Positions 8,777-19,682 of a stretch of DNA of 64,000 nt are shown here, piece after piece. The number at the start of each line of letters is the position of its first letter. The stretch's first letter is position 1. This DNA comes from an uncultured Pseudomonadota bacterium. Lineage in GTDB: Bacteria; Pseudomonadota; Alphaproteobacteria; JACZXZ01. The notes under the pieces are model-generated. The model was not told where the DNA came from. It saw nothing but the letters and a program-made list of their open reading frames with translations, and ran no database searches. Where the stretch lies: contig CAVVLJ010000016.1 of the NCBI GenBank assembly GCA_963749075.1, positions 512,001-576,000 of the forward strand, read 5' to 3'. The translations under genes and the position numbers were made by a program.

Positions 8777-9600
8777 GGCGTGGGTCCCTGTTTGTCCGCG
8801 GGCTTGTCCTCGGCCTTGTCCTCGGCCTTGTCCTCGGCCTTTTCCTCTGGCCCGTCCGCGAGCGCTTGCAGGATCTCGTAGCGGACGGCCTCGCGTCCCG
8901 CGCATGACAGGTCCTCGGGGATGACGGCCGTATAGGCGATGCGCGCCGGGCGACGGAAGACCAGGATGCGCTCGCCCAATTGCAGCGCCTCGTTGATCGA
9001 ATGGGTGACGAAGATGCTCGTCGTCCCGCTGCCGCGCGTGAGCTCGCGGAACTCGGCGCGCAGCGCCTCGCCGGTCACCTCGTCGAGCGAGGCGAAAGGC
9101 TCGTCGGCAAGCAGGATGTCCGGCTTGCCGGCAAAGGCGCGCGAGATGCTGACCCTCTGGCGCATGCCGCCCGAGAGCGCGTGCGGATAGTCGTTCTCGT
9201 GGCCGCCGAGGCCGAGCCGCTCGAGCCAGTGCAGCGCTATGGCGCGGCGCTCCTCGGGCGGCATGTTGTTGAGCTCAAGCCCGAGCTCGACGTTGGCGCG
9301 CGCCGTGCGCCAGGGCATCAGGCGGTCGCTCTGGAAGACGATGCCGAGCTTGCCGCGGAACCAGGCGAAGTCGCGGTAGGGATCGCGGCCCTTGACGAGA
9401 ATGCGGCCGGCGCTCGGCCGGATGAGGCCGGCAAGGAGATTGAACATGGTCGACTTGCCGCAGCCGGTCTTGCCGAGCACGGCGACGCGCTCGCCGGGTG
9501 CCACCGTGAAGCTCAGCTCGCGCACGGCCTCGAAGGTGCCCCCGCCTTGCCGCGGAAAGGATTTGCTCACGCCCTCGAAGACGATCTCGGGCTCGCTCAA
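8773..9600 (-). CDS. NitT/TauT-type ABC transporter ATP-binding protein
   Basis: GKTGCGKST Walker A, LSGGMRQR, LLADEPF; TTG start overlapping the permease stop. Confidence 0.9.
   Translation of the reverse strand: MSEPEIVFEGVSKSFPRQGGGTFEAVRELSFTVAPGERVAVLGKTGCGKSTMFNLLAGLIRPSAGRILVKGRDPYRDFAWFRGKLGIVFQSDRLMPWRTARANVELGLELNNMPPEERRAIALHWLERLGLGGHENDYPHALSGGMRQRVSISRAFAGKPDILLADEPFASLDEVTGEALRAEFRELTRGSGTTSIFVTHSINEALQLGERILVFRRPARIAYTAVIPEDLSCAGREAVRYEILQALADGPEEKAEDKAEDKAEDKPADKQGPTP
8803..8847. repeat. 12-bp tandem repeat (3 perfect copies + 1 partial) encoding a KAED repeat tail of the ABC ATPase
   Basis: (CTTGTCCTCGGC)x3 then CTTTTCCTC. Confidence 0.9.
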
Positions 9601-10391
9601 AGGCCGCGCTCCGCGAGCGGCCGGTAGCGCAGCAGCCGGCCCTCGAGAAGCGTGATCAGGCGCTGGAGGACGAGGACGAAGATGACCAGCACCAGCGTCC
9701 AGGCGATGGCGCCGGCCATGTCGAACATCTGCTGCTGCTGCAGGAGCGCATAGCCGATGCCGCCCGTGGCGCCCACGAGCTCGGCCACCACCACGACGCG
9801 CGAGGCATTGCCCAGATTGACCTTCCACGCCGTGACGATGCCCGGCAGCACGGTCGGCACCACCAGCACGCGGAGGAGATCGTAGCGCGACGGCCGGAAG
9901 AACAGCGTCATCTCGAGCAGGTCCTTCGACATCGCGCGGTAGGCATCGAGCACCTGGAAGCTGAAGGCGGGCAGCGTCGTCACCACCATGATGAAGAAAA
10001 TGCGCACCTCGATGCCCCTGAGCCAGATGATGGAGATGACGACCCAGGAGAGCGCGGGCACGCCCTGGCAGAAGCTCAGGATCGGCTCGGCATAGCGCGC
10101 GAAACGCTCCGAGCGCCCCATCGCGAAAGCGAGGATGCTGCCGAGCACGAAGGCGCCGGCGAGGCCGGCCAGGATGCGGCCTGCCGTCGCGAGCACGTCC
10201 GAGAGGGTGTCCCAGGCGGTGAAGATGGCGATGAAATGCCCGGCCACGTCGGGAAGCGGCGGGAAGAGAAAATGCGGAAAGAAGTAGGAGGCGATCTGCC
10301 AGAGCGCGGCAAGGCCGGCGAGCGACAGCCATCCTTCGTAGCGGACGTGCGGCCGGACTGCCGCGGCAGGCGCCGGCGGAGCGGCCGTCAC
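9597..10391 (-). CDS. NitT/TauT-type ABC transporter permease
   Basis: Multiple TM segments; VVVVAELVGATGGIGY motif. Confidence 0.9.
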   Translation of the reverse strand: MTAAPPAPAAAVRPHVRYEGWLSLAGLAALWQIASYFFPHFLFPPLPDVAGHFIAIFTAWDTLSDVLATAGRILAGLAGAFVLGSILAFAMGRSERFARYAEPILSFCQGVPALSWVVISIIWLRGIEVRIFFIMVVTTLPAFSFQVLDAYRAMSKDLLEMTLFFRPSRYDLLRVLVVPTVLPGIVTAWKVNLGNASRVVVVAELVGATGGIGYALLQQQQMFDMAGAIAWTLVLVIFVLVLQRLITLLEGRLLRYRPLAERGL

Positions 10392-11362
10392 GGAATGTCC
10401 TCGCCGTAGATGGACGCACGCGAAGGCATCGCGGGGAGCGCGCCCACGGCGAGCCCGGCACGATAGACGGCCTCGATGGCCCCCGCAAGCTTCGCCGCCG
10501 GCTCGACGTTCATGCCGAGCCGCGTATTGTGGCTGATGAGGTCCTCGAGTGCCTTGCGGCCCGCGTCGCCGGCCTTGGGGCCGGCGATGATCGCCGCCGC
10601 TTCCACCGGATTGGCAAGGACCCATGCCGCCGCCGCGCGGTAGCAATGGTAGAGCGGCGCCACCAGATCGCGGTGCTTCGCGACCCACGCCGCCTGTGCC
10701 GCCATGCCGAGATAGGGGATCGCGTCCTCGTGCGCGAAGCTCCGCCAGCTCTTGGCGATGTCGAGATCGAGCGTGCGGATGTCCGGCTTTTTCGACAGCA
10801 GCACCGAATAGGCCGGCTCCCAGAGCTGCACGGCGTCGGCGCGGTCGGCAAGCGCGTAGCCGACAAGGCCGGGGGTTGCCGTATTGACGACCGAGAAAGA
10901 GGCCGGGTCGACGCCTTGCTGGCGCGCGAGCCACTCGAACATCGCGTAGTTGGTCGTGCCGCGCGCGGCTGCGAGCTCCTTGCCCTTGAGATCGGCGAGC
11001 GTCTTGATCCCGGGCCGGGAGGTCACCACCGCACCCCAATAATCGAAGAGGTTGAAGAGATAGACGGCCTTGACGCCGCGCGTGTCGGCGAGACCCACGG
11101 TCAGCACGGCGCCGCTGCCGCCGAGCTCGAACTCGCCGGAATTGAACTCGGTGGCATAGGCATCGGGCGTGCGCTCGGCAAAGCCGATGTCGAGCCCGTT
11201 CGCCTTGTCGAAGCCCTTCTCCTTGATCACCGGCGGCAGGAAGGCGCCGAGCGAGGGCGCGTTGAAGATCACGATGGTGAGCGGCGCCGCCGCAACGGCC
11301 GCCGCACTTCCGCCGAGCAGCGCCAGCGCCGCCGCGACGATCGAAAGCCGAAATCGAGTCAT
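10388..11362 (-). CDS. ABC substrate-binding protein (SsuA/THI5-like)
   Basis: Signal peptide; IKTLADLKGKELA; ADAVQLWEP. Confidence 0.85.
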   Translation of the reverse strand: MTRFRLSIVAAALALLGGSAAAVAAAPLTIVIFNAPSLGAFLPPVIKEKGFDKANGLDIGFAERTPDAYATEFNSGEFELGGSGAVLTVGLADTRGVKAVYLFNLFDYWGAVVTSRPGIKTLADLKGKELAAARGTTNYAMFEWLARQQGVDPASFSVVNTATPGLVGYALADRADAVQLWEPAYSVLLSKKPDIRTLDLDIAKSWRSFAHEDAIPYLGMAAQAAWVAKHRDLVAPLYHCYRAAAAWVLANPVEAAAIIAGPKAGDAGRKALEDLISHNTRLGMNVEPAAKLAGAIEAVYRAGLAVGALPAMPSRASIYGEDIP

Positions 11363-11390
11363 GAGCCGCCTCCTTTCCGCCCGCACCTGG

Positions 11391-13799
11391 TCAGCCGGCA
11401 TGATCCTCGTCCTTCGTGGCAAGCAGCGCACCGAGCGCGCCGATACTCATCGGCAGCGATGCGGTATGCAGGCCGAGCGGCGCCAGCGCATCGTTGACCG
11501 CACTCGCAACCGCCGCCGGTGCGCCGAGATAGCCCGCCTCGCCCGAGCCCTTCTGCCCGAAGGTGGTGAGCGGGGAAGGGGTGGCGTGGTCGACGATGGC
11601 GATGTCGGGCACCTCGTGCGAGGTGGGAATGAGATAGTCCATGAACGAGCCATTCAGGAGCTGGCCGTTGCCGTCGTACTCGAAGCGCTCGTAGAGCGCA
11701 GCGCCGATGCCGTGCGCGATGCCGCCGCAGGTCATGCCGTGGACGATGTCGGGATTGATCATCACGCCGCAGTCGTGGCCGACGAAATATCTCTTGAGCT
11801 TGGTCTGGCCGGTGATGCGGTCGACCTCGGCATAGACGAGGTGCGCCTCGAAGGCGTAGCAGGGATACATCTGCACGCGCCCGTCCGGCCCCGGCAAGCC
11901 GCCGCCGCCCGGCACCTGCCAGACCGAGAGCGCCTGCAGCCCCGGCTCGGCGCCGGGCGGCAGCGCGTGGAAGCGGCGATGCGCGATGTCGACGAGCTGG
12001 CTCCAGGCGAGCTTGCGCGCGGCATCGCCGCGGGCGCTCACGTCACCGTCGGCATAGAGGCAGGCCTCGGGTGCCAGGCCGAGATTGTGCGCGGCGATGG
12101 CGACGAGCTGCGTTTTCAGCTTGCGCGCGGCCTCCGCCGCGGCACCGCCCAGCATGATCGCCATGCGGCTGCCGACCGGGCTGTTGCTGGGGAGTGCAGC
12201 GAGGGAGTCGGCATGGACCACGCGGATGCTCTCCGGATCGCGCTCGAGGATCTCGCCGACCACGGTCGCGACCAGCGTCTCGTGGCCCTGGCCGGAGGAT
12301 GACGTCGCCATCGCGGCCACCACCGCTCCGGTCAGGTCGATCTTCACCTGACAGGATTCCATCCAGGTGGTGGTCTGGTTCTTGGGGTTGAGAAGCGGCT
12401 CGAAGGCGGCATTGCCGCCGCTCGGCTCGAGACAGCAGGAAAGACCGATGCCGGCAAGCCGGCCGGCCGTGCGCGCGGCGTCCCTCTCGCGGACGAGCGC
12501 CGGCCAACCGGCGGCGGCGAGCAGCTTCTCCAGCACTGCATGGTAATCGCCGCTGTCGTAGGTGCTGCCGCTCGGGATCCTGTAGGGGAACTCCTCCTTG
12601 CGGATGAAATTGCGGCGGCGCAGCTCGACGCGGTCCAAGCCGAGCCGGCGCGCCACGAGGTCCATGCCCGTCTCGATGGCGAAGTTGGTCGGCGACTGGC
12701 CGAAGCCGCGCACCGCCTCCTGCGGCGTCTTGTTGGTGCTGACGGAGATCGGCTCGTATTCCACGCTTGCGATGCGATAGGGCCCGACAATGGCGCCGAT
12801 GGGCTTGCCGAGCTGGAGCGGCGCGCGGCCGGCGTAGGCGCCCACGTCGTCGAGCGCCCGCATCCTCATGGCGCGCACGATGCCGTCGCCGTCGAAGGCC
12901 ATCTCTATGTCGAAGATGCGGTCGGGTCCGTGCGCGTCGCCGCCGCGCATGTTGTCGAGGCGGTCCTCCAGGAGGCGCACGGGCCGGCCGAGCTTGCGCG
13001 CGAGATAGCCCGCGAGGATGGCGTGCTTGAGCCCGCGCTTGACGCCGTAGCTGCCGCCCACGTCGACGTCGAAATGAACGCGCACGGCGCTTCCCGGCAG
13101 GCGCAGATGGCGGGCCAGGTGATCGGGGAATTTCGGCATCTGGATGGAGGCCCAGACGTCGAGGAGCTGCTGCGCCGGGCTCCAGCGCGCGAGCACCCCG
13201 AAGGTCTCGATCGGCACGGTGGCGCTGCGGTGCCAGCGCGCGCGATAGGCGATCCTGTGCGCCGCCGCGGCGAAGTCGTCCTCGACCGGGCCCCAGACGA
13301 ACTTGCGCCGGTAGAAGAGGTTGCTGCCGTGATCGGGATGGACGGGCGGCGAGGTGTCGAGCAGCGCCGCCTCGGGGTCGACGACGTGGGGCAGCGGCTC
13401 GTAGTCGACCTCGACCATCTCGGCCGCATCCTCGGCGAGCGCGCGGCTCGCAGCCACGACGGCCGCCACCCATTCGCCGACGTAGCGCGCGGAGCCGCGC
13501 GCGAGCGGATAGCGGCGCACATTGGGAAGGTCGATGCCGCTGAAGATCGCTTCGGTCGAGCGGGCGAGCTCGTCGCCGGTGAGCACGGCCGCGACGCCGG
13601 CAAGGCGCAGTGCCGGCGAGGCATCGATCGAGAGGATGCGCGCGGCAGGGTAGGGGCTTGCCACCAGCGCCACGTGCAAGGTGCCGGGAAGGGCGATGTC
13701 GGCGACGAAGCGGCCGGCGCCCGCGACGAAGCGGCGATCCTCCTTCGCCCGCCGCTTGCGGCCGATATAGCGGAAGGCGCCTGGGGCTTCAGCGCTCAA
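11391..13799 (-). CDS. Xanthine dehydrogenase family molybdopterin-binding large subunit (CoxL/CutL-like)
   Basis: [37 protein letters not shown]. Confidence 0.9.
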   Translation of the reverse strand: MSAEAPGAFRYIGRKRRAKEDRRFVAGAGRFVADIALPGTLHVALVASPYPAARILSIDASPALRLAGVAAVLTGDELARSTEAIFSGIDLPNVRRYPLARGSARYVGEWVAAVVAASRALAEDAAEMVEVDYEPLPHVVDPEAALLDTSPPVHPDHGSNLFYRRKFVWGPVEDDFAAAAHRIAYRARWHRSATVPIETFGVLARWSPAQQLLDVWASIQMPKFPDHLARHLRLPGSAVRVHFDVDVGGSYGVKRGLKHAILAGYLARKLGRPVRLLEDRLDNMRGGDAHGPDRIFDIEMAFDGDGIVRAMRMRALDDVGAYAGRAPLQLGKPIGAIVGPYRIASVEYEPISVSTNKTPQEAVRGFGQSPTNFAIETGMDLVARRLGLDRVELRRRNFIRKEEFPYRIPSGSTYDSGDYHAVLEKLLAAAGWPALVRERDAARTAGRLAGIGLSCCLEPSGGNAAFEPLLNPKNQTTTWMESCQVKIDLTGAVVAAMATSSSGQGHETLVATVVGEILERDPESIRVVHADSLAALPSNSPVGSRMAIMLGGAAAEAARKLKTQLVAIAAHNLGLAPEACLYADGDVSARGDAARKLAWSQLVDIAHRRFHALPPGAEPGLQALSVWQVPGGGGLPGPDGRVQMYPCYAFEAHLVYAEVDRITGQTKLKRYFVGHDCGVMINPDIVHGMTCGGIAHGIGAALYERFEYDGNGQLLNGSFMDYLIPTSHEVPDIAIVDHATPSPLTTFGQKGSGEAGYLGAPAAVASAVNDALAPLGLHTASLPMSIGALGALLATKDEDHAG

Positions 13800-14299
13800 T
13801 GGCAGCCTCCCGCGGCTCGTTGGCGCCGCGCAAACGCTCGGCCGCAAGGGCGATCGCCTCGACGATCTGCTTGTAGCCGGTGCAGCGGCAGAGATTGCCG
13901 CCGATCGCCTCCCGGATCTCCTCTTCGCTCGGAGCGCCGTTTCGCGCAAGCAGCGCGTGCGCCGCGATCAGCATGCCGGGCGTGCAATAGCCGCACTGCA
14001 AGGCATGGGTTTCGCAGAACGAGTTCCTGCAGCACGGAGAGCCCCTCCGCGTCGGGTGCCAGGCCCTCCACGGTGACGACGGCGCTGCCGTCGAGCTGGG
14101 CCGCGAAGAGGAGGCAGGCGCGCACCGGCTCGCCGTCGAGCAGCACGGAGCAGGCGCCGCAGACGCCGTGCTCGCAGCCGACATGCGTGCCGGTGAGTGC
14201 CAACGTCTCGCGCAGGAAATCGACCAGGGTGAGCCGCGCCGCCACGCGCGCGCGCTGCAGCTTGCCGTTCACGTTCAGCGCGATGTCATGCTCCGACAC
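13789..14299 (-). CDS. (2Fe-2S) small subunit (CoxS-like), +1 frameshift at about 14024
   Basis: [10 protein letters not shown]...C in one frame; QCGYCTPG...GNLCRCTGY in the next. Joined by removing one T in GAGTTC (14021-14026). Confidence 0.9.
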
Positions 14300-14303
14300 C
14301 GGA

Positions 14304-15188
14304 TCAGCTCCTCTCCGCGCGCGCTTCGGCGCGCGCTTCGGCGAGTGCCCTCGCGACCAGCGCCGCCGCCATGCGCCGACGGTGGGCGGCACTCGCGTGG
14401 AGATCGTCCGTCGCCTCGATGGTCTCGCGCGCGAGGCGCGCGGCCTCGGCGATCGCCGCGTCCTCGAGCCGCGTCCCGAGCAGCATGGCCTCGACCGCGG
14501 CAAGCCGCACCGGCGTGGCGCCGGTGCCGCCGACCGCGACGGCGAGGCTTCGGCAGACGCCGCCGCCGTCGAGCCCAAGCTCGACCGCCGCGGCCGCCAG
14601 CGCGAAGTCGCTCCGCCGGATGCTGGTCTCCTGGAAGCCCGTGCCGCGGGCGCCGCCGCCCTCGGGCAGAGGAAAGCGCACCGCGGTCAGGCACTCGTCG
14701 GGCTCGAGGGCCGTGACCAGCGGGCCTGCGAAGAAGCGGGCGGCCGGGATGGTGCGTGCGGCTGCTGCCGACCGCACCTCGATCTCGGCATCGAGTGCGA
14801 GTGTCGCGAGCCCGATCTCGGCCGCGGGATCGCCGTGTGCCAAGCTTCCGCCGACGGTGCCGCGGTTGCGCGTCTGAACATGGCCCACGAAGCGAAGCGC
14901 CTTGGCGAGGAGCGGCAGGCGCCGGCGCACCGTGGCGTCGGCCAGCGCGCGCGCCTGGCGCGTGCAGGCGCGGATGGCGACGAAGCCGGCCGCTTCCTCG
15001 ATTCCCGCGAGCTCGGGGATGCGGTTGATGTCGATGAGAAGTGCGGGCCGTGCCAAGCGCATTGCCAGAAGCGGCACCAGCGTCTGGCCGCCGGCGATGA
15101 TCTTGGCGTCGTCCTTGGCTGCCGCCAGCAGGCCGCAAGCCTCGGCGAGAGTGTCGGGGCGCCGGTAATCGAAATCGATCGCCTTCAT
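14304..15188 (-). CDS. FAD-binding medium subunit (CoxM-like)
   Basis: IAGGQTLVPLL, RNRGTVGGS. Confidence 0.9.
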   Translation of the reverse strand: MKAIDFDYRRPDTLAEACGLLAAAKDDAKIIAGGQTLVPLLAMRLARPALLIDINRIPELAGIEEAAGFVAIRACTRQARALADATVRRRLPLLAKALRFVGHVQTRNRGTVGGSLAHGDPAAEIGLATLALDAEIEVRSAAAARTIPAARFFAGPLVTALEPDECLTAVRFPLPEGGGARGTGFQETSIRRSDFALAAAAVELGLDGGGVCRSLAVAVGGTGATPVRLAAVEAMLLGTRLEDAAIAEAARLARETIEATDDLHASAAHRRRMAAALVARALAEARAEARAERS

Positions 15189-15267
15189 GGCGGCTCACTA
15201 TAGTGCGCGGGAACCCGATGGGCGAACACGAGGACCTTCCGGCATCATGCGACATCATAGACTGGAT

Positions 15268-15392
15268 TTTCATCATACGAAAGAAGACCCGGAAAGGAGG
15301 TACTCAGGTGGCGAGCACCCCTGGCTTGCCGGCCGTGAGCCTCACTTGCCTGGCGCCCACTTATTTTACATTGCCGTGTGATATGCCATTAT
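15268..15392. promoter_or_regulatory. Divergent promoter region with candidate IclR-type operator and sigma70 promoter
   Basis: AT-rich intergenic region; imperfect palindrome TTTCATCATACGAAA (15268-15282); TTTACA (15365) with 16-bp spacer to CATTAT (15387). Confidence 0.35.
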
Positions 15393-15458
15393 GCGGAAGG
15401 CAGCAGCCGCAGCCGTGGATGGCCGCGCATACAAGCCAGGAGCGGAGGGCAAGCGAGC

Positions 15459-17256
15459 ATGGCGCGCATGAAGGGTGGCGAGCTCATCGCCGAGTTCCTG
15501 ATCCGCGAGAAGATACCGTATCTTTTCGGCATCTGCGGCCATGGCAACGTCGGACTTCTGGACGCGCTCTACGACGTGCGCGACAAGATCAAGCTGGTCT
15601 CGCCGCGCCACGAGCAAGTCGCCGGCCATATGGCCGACGGCTATTTCCGCGTCAAGCACCGGCCGGCGGCGACGCTCACCTCCTGCGGCCCGGGATCGGC
15701 CAACCTGGTGATGGCGCTCGCGGTCGCCCAGACGGATTCCTCGGCGTTCTTGGCCCTCACCGCCAATGTGCCGACCTCGCAGTTCAACCGCAGCCCGTTC
15801 CAGGAGCTCAACCGCCACAACCAGGCGGACTTCCCAAACGTGGTCCGGCCGGTGGTGAAGCGCAGCTTCCAGCCCTCGCGGGTCGACATGCTGCCGCTGG
15901 CCCTGCGCCAGGCGGTGACGACGATGACGAGCGGCCGGCCCGGGCCGGTCAACGTCGACATTCCCTTCAATCTCTTCCAGGAGGAAGCCGAGGTCACCCT
16001 CGAGCCCGTCTGGGACGGTTTCAACAAGCGGCGCAGCGGGGCGGCACCCGACGACATCAGGCGCTCTGCGGACATGATCCTCGCGGCGCGCCGCCCGGCC
16101 GTCTTCATCGGCCATGGCGTGACACTCTCGGAGGGCGGCAAGGAGCTGACCGAGCTCGCACACAAGTTGGCACTGCCGGTGCTGAGCTCGCCCAACGGCA
16201 TGGGCTGCCTCGATATGGCCGACCCGCTCTCGCTCGGCTTCATCGGCCGCAACGGCGCCTATCCCGCGAACCAGGCTGGGCGCCACGCCGATCTCGTGCT
16301 CGCTATCGGCGTGCGTTTCGACGACCGCTCCTCCTCCTCGTGGCTGCCCGGTTATTCGTGGAATTTCCCCGCGACCCAGCTCATTCACGTCGACCTCGAC
16401 CACGCCGAGCTCGGACGCAACTACGCCCCCGATCTCGCCATCCTCGCCGACGCGCGCACCTTCCTCCAGCAGCTCCTCGCCGAGCTCGCCGCGCGTAAAG
16501 CCCCGGCACCGGCCGAGCTCGCCCCCTGGCATGCCGAGATCGCCAAGTGGCGCTCCGAGTGGGAGGCCTTCGTGCGGCCCAATTTCGCCATCCATGCCTC
16601 GCCCATGCGGCCGGAGCGCGTCGTCGCGGATTGCCGGGCCGTGCTTCCCGACGACGCCATCCTGTCGCTCGATTTCGGGCGTCCATCACAATTGGTACAT
16701 GCAGTTCTGGCAGGCGCGCCAACCGCAGACCATGCTCAACACCTGGGGCTTCTCCGGCATGGGCTTCGGCCCCTCTTCGATCCTCGGCGCCAAGCTCGCG
16801 GCACCCGAGCGCGCTTGCGTGGCCGTGTGCGGCGACGGCGGCTTCACCATGGTGCCGCACGTGCTCTGCACCGCGGTCGAGTACGACATCCCCGTCGTGT
16901 GGGTGGTGTGGAACAATTTCTCCTGGGCTGCCATCCGCGACATCCAGTACGGCCTCTTCGACGGGCGCGAGCTCGGCACCGCCTTCTACCAGGGCCCCAA
17001 CAACAAGCCCTACAATCCGGATTTCGCCGCCTGGGCGCGCGCGTGCGGGGTCGAGGGCGTCACGGTCGCCAAGTCGGAGGACTTCAAGGGCGCTCTCGAG
17101 CACGCGGTCAAGCTCGGCAAGCCGTGCCTGATCGACGCCCACGTCGACGCCAACATCCGGCCGCCCTCGACCGGGACCTGGGCGCTGCCGCCGACGCCGC
17201 ACAAGGATCCCGTGTTCGGCAGCAAGCACCTGCCCGCGGCCGCCGGGGGAGAGTGA
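15459..17256 (+). CDS. Thiamine pyrophosphate-dependent enzyme (acetolactate synthase-like), +1 frameshift at about 16674
   Basis: FGICGHGN, RHEQ, GPGSAN, GDGGF...NN ThDP motif. Frames joined by removing one T in GATTTC (16671-16676). Confidence 0.9.
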
Positions 17257-17287
17257 GCGCCGAGTGCGGCGGCAACAGGAGACCGTC

Positions 17288-17674
17288 ATGGCAAAGAGAA
17301 TTCAGCGAGCCCTCGTCCGCAACATCGCCGAGGTGCCGTGGGACGAGCTTCCCGGCCACTTCGGCGGCGCCCTGTCGAAGCTCCTGGTCGATCCCGGCAG
17401 CGCCGGCTCGCGCCATCTCGACCACCGCATCTCGACCTACCAGCCGAGGGCGTACGTGGCGCCCCATCGCCACAAGGTGCAGGAGCAGGTCTATCACCTG
17501 CTCGCCGGCGAGGGGCTCATGGAGATCGACGGCGAGCGCCGGGTGGTGCGCGCGCACGACGTCATCTTCATCCCGCCGGGAGTCGAGCATGCCATCTACA
17601 ATACCGGCCTGGCACCCTTGACCTTCATCGTCGTCACCTCGCCGGTGAGCGACGACGAGCCGGTCGAGGTCTAG
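17288..17674 (+). CDS. Cupin domain protein
   Basis: PHRHKVQEQVYHLLAGEG...IFIPPGVEH. Confidence 0.85.
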   Translation: MAKRIQRALVRNIAEVPWDELPGHFGGALSKLLVDPGSAGSRHLDHRISTYQPRAYVAPHRHKVQEQVYHLLAGEGLMEIDGERRVVRAHDVIFIPPGVEHAIYNTGLAPLTFIVVTSPVSDDEPVEV

Positions 17675-17702
17675 CGCCGCCCGGCGCGGCAGGCAGAAGG
17701 AG

Positions 17703-18575
17703 ATGACCGAAGTGAAGAAAGCCGCCGACGCGCACAGCTTGGCCGAGGACGAGGCGGACGCCGGCGGCGGCCGCGAGCGCGGCGGCATCCAGTCGCTCGA
17801 GCGCGCCTTCGCCCTTCTCGAGGAGATCGCCGAGAGCCGCGACGGCATCAGCCTCGCGGAGCTCAGCAAGCGCGTCGGGCTGCACAACAGCACGACCTTT
17901 CACCTGGTCAAGACGATGGTCTCGCTCGGTTACGTCGAGCAGCTCCGCCAATCGAAGCGCTACCGCGTCGGGCGCCGCCTCTTCACCCTGGCCGCCGGCG
18001 CTCTGAACGAGATCGAGCTGGTCGGGCTCGCCACGCCCGCGCTCGAGAGGTTGACGCGGGAGACCGGGGAATGCAGCCACTTCGCCGTGCGCTCGGGCGA
18101 CAATATCGTCGTGCTCGCGCGGACCGCCGGCAGCGGCATCTTCCAGATGGCGGACCGCATCGGCGTGGTGCGCCCCGCCCATTGCACGGCCCTCGGCAAG
18201 GTCCTCCTCGCAGCACTCTCCCCCGAGCAGCTCGAGCGCTACTTGCGCGCCCATCCGCTGGAGCGCTTCACGGCCAAGACGATCGTCGAGCACGAGCCGT
18301 TGTTGCGCGAGATCGACGGCGTGCGACGCGACGGCATCGCCTTCGACGACGGCGAGTTCGACGCCGAAGCGCGCTGCGTCGCCGTCGCGGTGCGCGACTT
18401 CACGGGCAAGGTCGCGGGCGCCATCGGCATCTCGGGACCGATCTGGCGCCTCTCGATCCAGGCGCTCCATGAGAAGGCCCAGCAGGTGCGCCTCGCCGCC
18501 GCCGGCCTCTCGCAGGAGCTCGGCTTCGCGGCCAAGCCCGCAGCCTCGGCCGAGGCGGCGCGCGCGACGAGCTGA
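17703..18575 (+). CDS. IclR family transcriptional regulator
   Basis: IQSLERAFALLE HTH; PAHCTALGKVLLA; CVAVAV...GAIGISGP. Confidence 0.92.
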   Translation: MTEVKKAADAHSLAEDEADAGGGRERGGIQSLERAFALLEEIAESRDGISLAELSKRVGLHNSTTFHLVKTMVSLGYVEQLRQSKRYRVGRRLFTLAAGALNEIELVGLATPALERLTRETGECSHFAVRSGDNIVVLARTAGSGIFQMADRIGVVRPAHCTALGKVLLAALSPEQLERYLRAHPLERFTAKTIVEHEPLLREIDGVRRDGIAFDDGEFDAEARCVAVAVRDFTGKVAGAIGISGPIWRLSIQALHEKAQQVRLAAAGLSQELGFAAKPAASAEAARATS

Positions 18576-18604
18576 GCACCCTCGGGCGCGGCCCAGCCGC
18601 GGAC

Positions 18605-19033
18605 TCACCCCGGGCGCCGCAGCACCACGCGGCGCGAGAGCCGCAGCACGTTGCGGCCGCCGGTGCGGCTGTAGCACACCTCGTCCGCGAGCTCGCGCAC
18701 GATATGGAGGCCGAGGCGGCCGATCGGCCGCGCCTCGAGCGGGCGGTCGAGCTCCGGCGGCGGCTCGGCGAGCGGGTCGAACGCCGTGCCGTCGTCCGAG
18801 AACACGAGGGTCAGCCGGTCGCCCTCGAGCGACAGCATGAGCTCGGCCTCGAGGACCGGCATGCCCTCGGCGCGGCCGTATTTCATCACGTTGGTGAGGA
18901 GCTCGTCGGCGACGATCAGGAGGCGCGCGCGATCGGCGTCGTCGAGGCCGTGCTCGGCGGCGAAGGCGGCGATGAAGTCGCGCGCCTGCGACGTGGCGTT
19001 GCCCTCGGTGCGAAGGGCGAGGCGTGCCTGCAT
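18605..19033 (-). CDS. Anti-sigma factor Ser/Thr kinase (RsbW-like HATPase)
   Basis: ELLTNVMKYG (N box), SDDGTAFDP (G1), GRLGLHIV (G2). Confidence 0.85.
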   Translation of the reverse strand: MQARLALRTEGNATSQARDFIAAFAAEHGLDDADRARLLIVADELLTNVMKYGRAEGMPVLEAELMLSLEGDRLTLVFSDDGTAFDPLAEPPPELDRPLEARPIGRLGLHIVRELADEVCYSRTGGRNVLRLSRRVVLRRPG

Positions 19034-19190
19034 CCCCTGCTGCGCTCCCCTCGGAGCCGTACCCCCGCTGCCGCGGCGGCGCTCCAATAGCCAGTTTATC
19101 CGCCAGCGCCACCGCATTCCAACGGCCTTGCGCTGGATTCCGTCCCGACAACGCGCTAGCCTCTCGGAGCAACGAGCCGGGGAGAGCAGG

Positions 19191-19679
19191 ATGTCCGTCG
19201 TCCGCATGGTCGCGCGAGGCTGGCCGGGCTTGGTCGTGGCGGGCCTGGCCGCCGCGGTGCTCATGACGCTCTGCCTCGGGCCGGCCGTGGCCGCCGGGCC
19301 GCAGATCGGCATGGTGAAGACCGTGGCAGGAGACGCCGCGCTCTTGCGCGGGGGCAGCAAGCTCGCCGTCAAGGTGGGCGACCCGGTGTTCGAGAAGGAC
19401 ACGGTCGAGACCGGCCCGAACGGCACGATCGGCATCACCTTCATCGACAACACCGTGCTCTCGGCCGGCCCGAACAGCCGCCTCTCGCTCGAGGACTACA
19501 AGTTCGATTCGAGCAATTTCAAAGGCAGCATGCTCGCCGACATGCGCCAGGGCACGCTGGCCGTGGTCTCCGGCGACATCGCGCGGAGCTCGCCCGACGC
19601 CATGAAGATCAGGACGCCCGAGGCGATGCTCGCCGTGCGCGGCACGCGCTTCGTCGTCGAGGTGGGCGGGGGGCATTGA
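19191..19679 (+). CDS. Exported FecR-domain protein
   Basis: Signal peptide; GDPVFEKDTVETG; IRTPEAMLAVRGTRF. Confidence 0.85.
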   Translation: MSVVRMVARGWPGLVVAGLAAAVLMTLCLGPAVAAGPQIGMVKTVAGDAALLRGGSKLAVKVGDPVFEKDTVETGPNGTIGITFIDNTVLSAGPNSRLSLEDYKFDSSNFKGSMLADMRQGTLAVVSGDIARSSPDAMKIRTPEAMLAVRGTRFVVEVGGGH

Positions 19680-19682
19680 GCC

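Noticed and set aside
11391-15188. Aerobic CO dehydrogenase
   Set aside because: Lacks the AYxCSFR motif and cox accessory genes; the context is organic-substrate catabolism.
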